A DNA stretch of 64,000 bases, from assembly GCA_000708835.1 (NCBI GenBank), contig DF237205.1:56601-120600 (forward strand), in the 5' to 3' direction. The DNA comes from Klebsormidium nitens (lineage: Eukaryota; Plantae; Klebsormidiophyceae). Made by a program: the position numbers and the translations under genes. Shown here piece by piece: positions 61,901-64,000 of the stretch. The notes beneath the pieces were generated by a model. The model ran no database searches. It was not told the DNA's origin and saw only the letters and a list, made by a program, of their open reading frames with translations. Every line of letters starts with the position of its first letter. Position 1 is the stretch's first letter.

Positions 61901-64000
61901 TGGCAATTACTGCCGCAGCAAAAACCTCCTTTATCGACACGTGCTCTTCCTTGAACGACGACCGCCAAGATCCAAAGCTGCTACACCGTGCATGTCGTTA
62001 TTGATTTTCGCTGACTGACTGACCAACTGACTTGTGCCTACTTTTGTCTTACAGGGAGTCTCAGAGACTGATTGGCTGTCTGAAGATTGGCCTTCCTGAT
62101 AGCTGGTCTGCCACTCACGTTCTGCAGATTGCTCTCGATGCCAAGGTATGTATCCTTGTTAGGAACCCTTTTGAGCTTGCTTCAAGCTGATAAGCTTCTA
62201 AGAGCCAGCCGTCAGCTTAATCTGAAGTAGACCTCGTTCTACTGCTCCGTTTCGAGCATCTGAGAACTGGTATGAGTTTTCTCGTCGGTACAAGTTGCAA
62301 AGGTCGCTTCCACTGCTCGCTTCCCCTGCCCGGACCTGCCCTTGAAACTGAGATGTGTCGACGCTCCGATCAGCCTGCCAGTCGACTGTGCTTCTCGTTC
62401 CCTCCAGCAGCATACGTGCAGGCACGCTCACAAGCTCTTCTTTGTGCGCAGGTCAAGCAAGCAGACCTCGAGCAAGCGCTTGGTGCGGTGGTGGCATAGT
62501 TGCAAGCAGGGGGGGAGTCAGCATCCACAGCAGTTGATACTGTGTCCTCGGCGCTCACAGCGACGCAAGCAAATGAACGGGAGTGGGAGGAGCGTTTGGC
62601 GTCCGTACAGAACCAGCAAGAGTCTGAAGAAGCGACCGCTGTGGAGAGCCAGCGCTTGGTCCTGAGCATCCGTCAGAGCATGGCCGAGGAAGTGGGCCGT
62701 TCCGGCCTTCTCGAGGTGAGGATGTGGCCTCACGCGTGCATTTTGCAAGTCATCTGTGCGGGCTTGTGCAAGACCCGTCTCTAAGACGCCCATTGTGGGC
62801 GACTCTCGTTGATCAGGTGGTTGAGTGCTCGACCTTCTTGAGGTGACGTCATTGTGACGTTGCCCACGTACAAGGGGTCAAGTGTTTGATCCTTCTCGTC
62901 ACATCGCGGCCGTGCCGTTTGGTGGGTGAGCAGCGGGAGGACCACCAATTTGGCCTCGCAAATAGCAGTCCTGGTGTGTCCAGTTGACGAGCCCAGTGTG
63001 CTCAGACGGTTCCCCATATTCTAGAAGACGCCCATTTTTGGTAAAGAGAATCCACGCTCTGTGCTGGCTCTGGTTGATTTGAACCTCCGTTGTTGCCCTT
63101 TTCAGAAATCAAATGTTGGCGGTTCTTGCAGGCTCTCCTTGAGGACCTTGCTGGTCCGCGGAGCTCTGGCGACAAAGTTCTGAAGGCTCTGCTGGCTGCC
63201 TTGGACTACCTCACCCGCTATGCTGCTCACGTGAGACACACTTTGCTCTAACAAATTGTATGTCAAAACTAGGTTAGGCTCGATCGAACTGCTCCTCGAG
63301 TAAAGCACTTTTCGAGTCGCCAAACGCATGGCTCAATTCTAAGCACGTGTCTCCCAAAGCTTGTCCTTTTGCGGTATGTCTCCCTTGAAGCTCACTCTAC
63401 CGTTCTGTCAAGGTAATCGGCAAGCTATCTGATGTTGGCGAATTATTGCTGCAGACTGTGACGCCGTTCGCCCTGCGATCTCTGTCGCGGATCATCTCCC
63501 TCGTGAAGGACTGCAGCGCCCCCTCGGCGGCCAGAAAAGGAGCAGCCAATCTGCTGGACTGGGCGTGGTTCTCGGCACCCAGCGCTGTGCAACAGGCCGC
63601 ACAGGATGATGCGGATCAAGCCCTGGCTGCCCTCGTAAACTTTGCGTTTCGCCTAGTGAGTGCGTCAGCCCTTGTGACATTAAGTTTTGGTAACTATCCT
63701 GAGCAATGGTTATGTGCAATCGTCAGGCGCTCACGCGGACCACTAATGCTGCACAATACTTCAGCATTGTGCACTGAGACGTTGGAAGTGCTTGCGATGC
63801 GGTCGGATCCAAAGGATTGGAGAAAAGTGTGAGGGGCGATCGGTATTGAACTTCGTCAGCTCTGACGTCCATGAATACTGTGGCTACCTTAGATTAACCT
63901 CTTTCTCTTCCTGCAGGAACTTCAAACGGGGGCTCCTTCCGCAAGTGACGCTGCGGGCAACCCAGCGAAAGCTGCCGCCGAGCGCACCCTGTCCCACATC
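58907..64000 (+). CDS. Large hypothetical protein (RGG-rich segment, helical C-terminal region) carrying one in-frame TAG; continues beyond the right edge; possible recent pseudogene
   Basis: Exons 58907-59435, 60010-61025 (possible small intron 60450-60542), 61778-61851, 62055-62145, 62452-62715, 63132-63230, 63455-63655, 63917-end; all GT-AG and phase-consistent. TAG at 62497-62499 is in frame within exon 62452-62715. Confidence 0.65.
61615..61675 (+). repeat. Degenerate copy of the acceptor and 5' end of exon 61778-61851
   Basis: ctacag|caactatctgcaaggagagcgagtgccgctgcc (acag at 61622) versus true ttacag|caactctctgcaaggagagcaagcgccgctgcc (acag at 61774). Confidence 0.9.

Overview
Eukaryotic nuclear DNA with an intron-rich, GC-rich coding style, GT/GC-AG introns, CTRAC-like branch points and one N gap. 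The gene set (AHK1/CKI1-type histidine kinase, plant-type arginase, GGCT2/ChaC, D-threonine aldolase) suggests a streptophyte green alga such as Klebsormidium; this is an inference. I assembled ten genes by hand with phase-consistent exon chains: a hybrid sensor histidine kinase (-, runs off the left edge), gamma-glutamylcyclotransferase (-), a His/Pro/Asp-rich single-pass membrane protein (-), a GDP-mannose mannosyl hydrolase-like Nudix enzyme (+), a D-threonine aldolase-like PLP enzyme (-), mitochondrial arginase (+), DNA polymerase delta subunit 4 (+), an intronless Cys-rich 4-TM protein (-), a hypothetical protein with a duplicated exon pair (-), and a large hypothetical gene with one in-frame TAG (+, runs off the right edge). 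The most striking unexplained structure is a recurring 'splice-junction echo' pattern. Introns carry degenerate tandem copies of the neighbouring exon end together with its splice site. Copies of 5' ends always lie upstream of the true exon and copies of 3' ends always lie downstream, mostly 125-210 bp apart. The clearest case is six copies in arginase intron 5. There is no evidence for CRISPR arrays, rRNA or tRNA.
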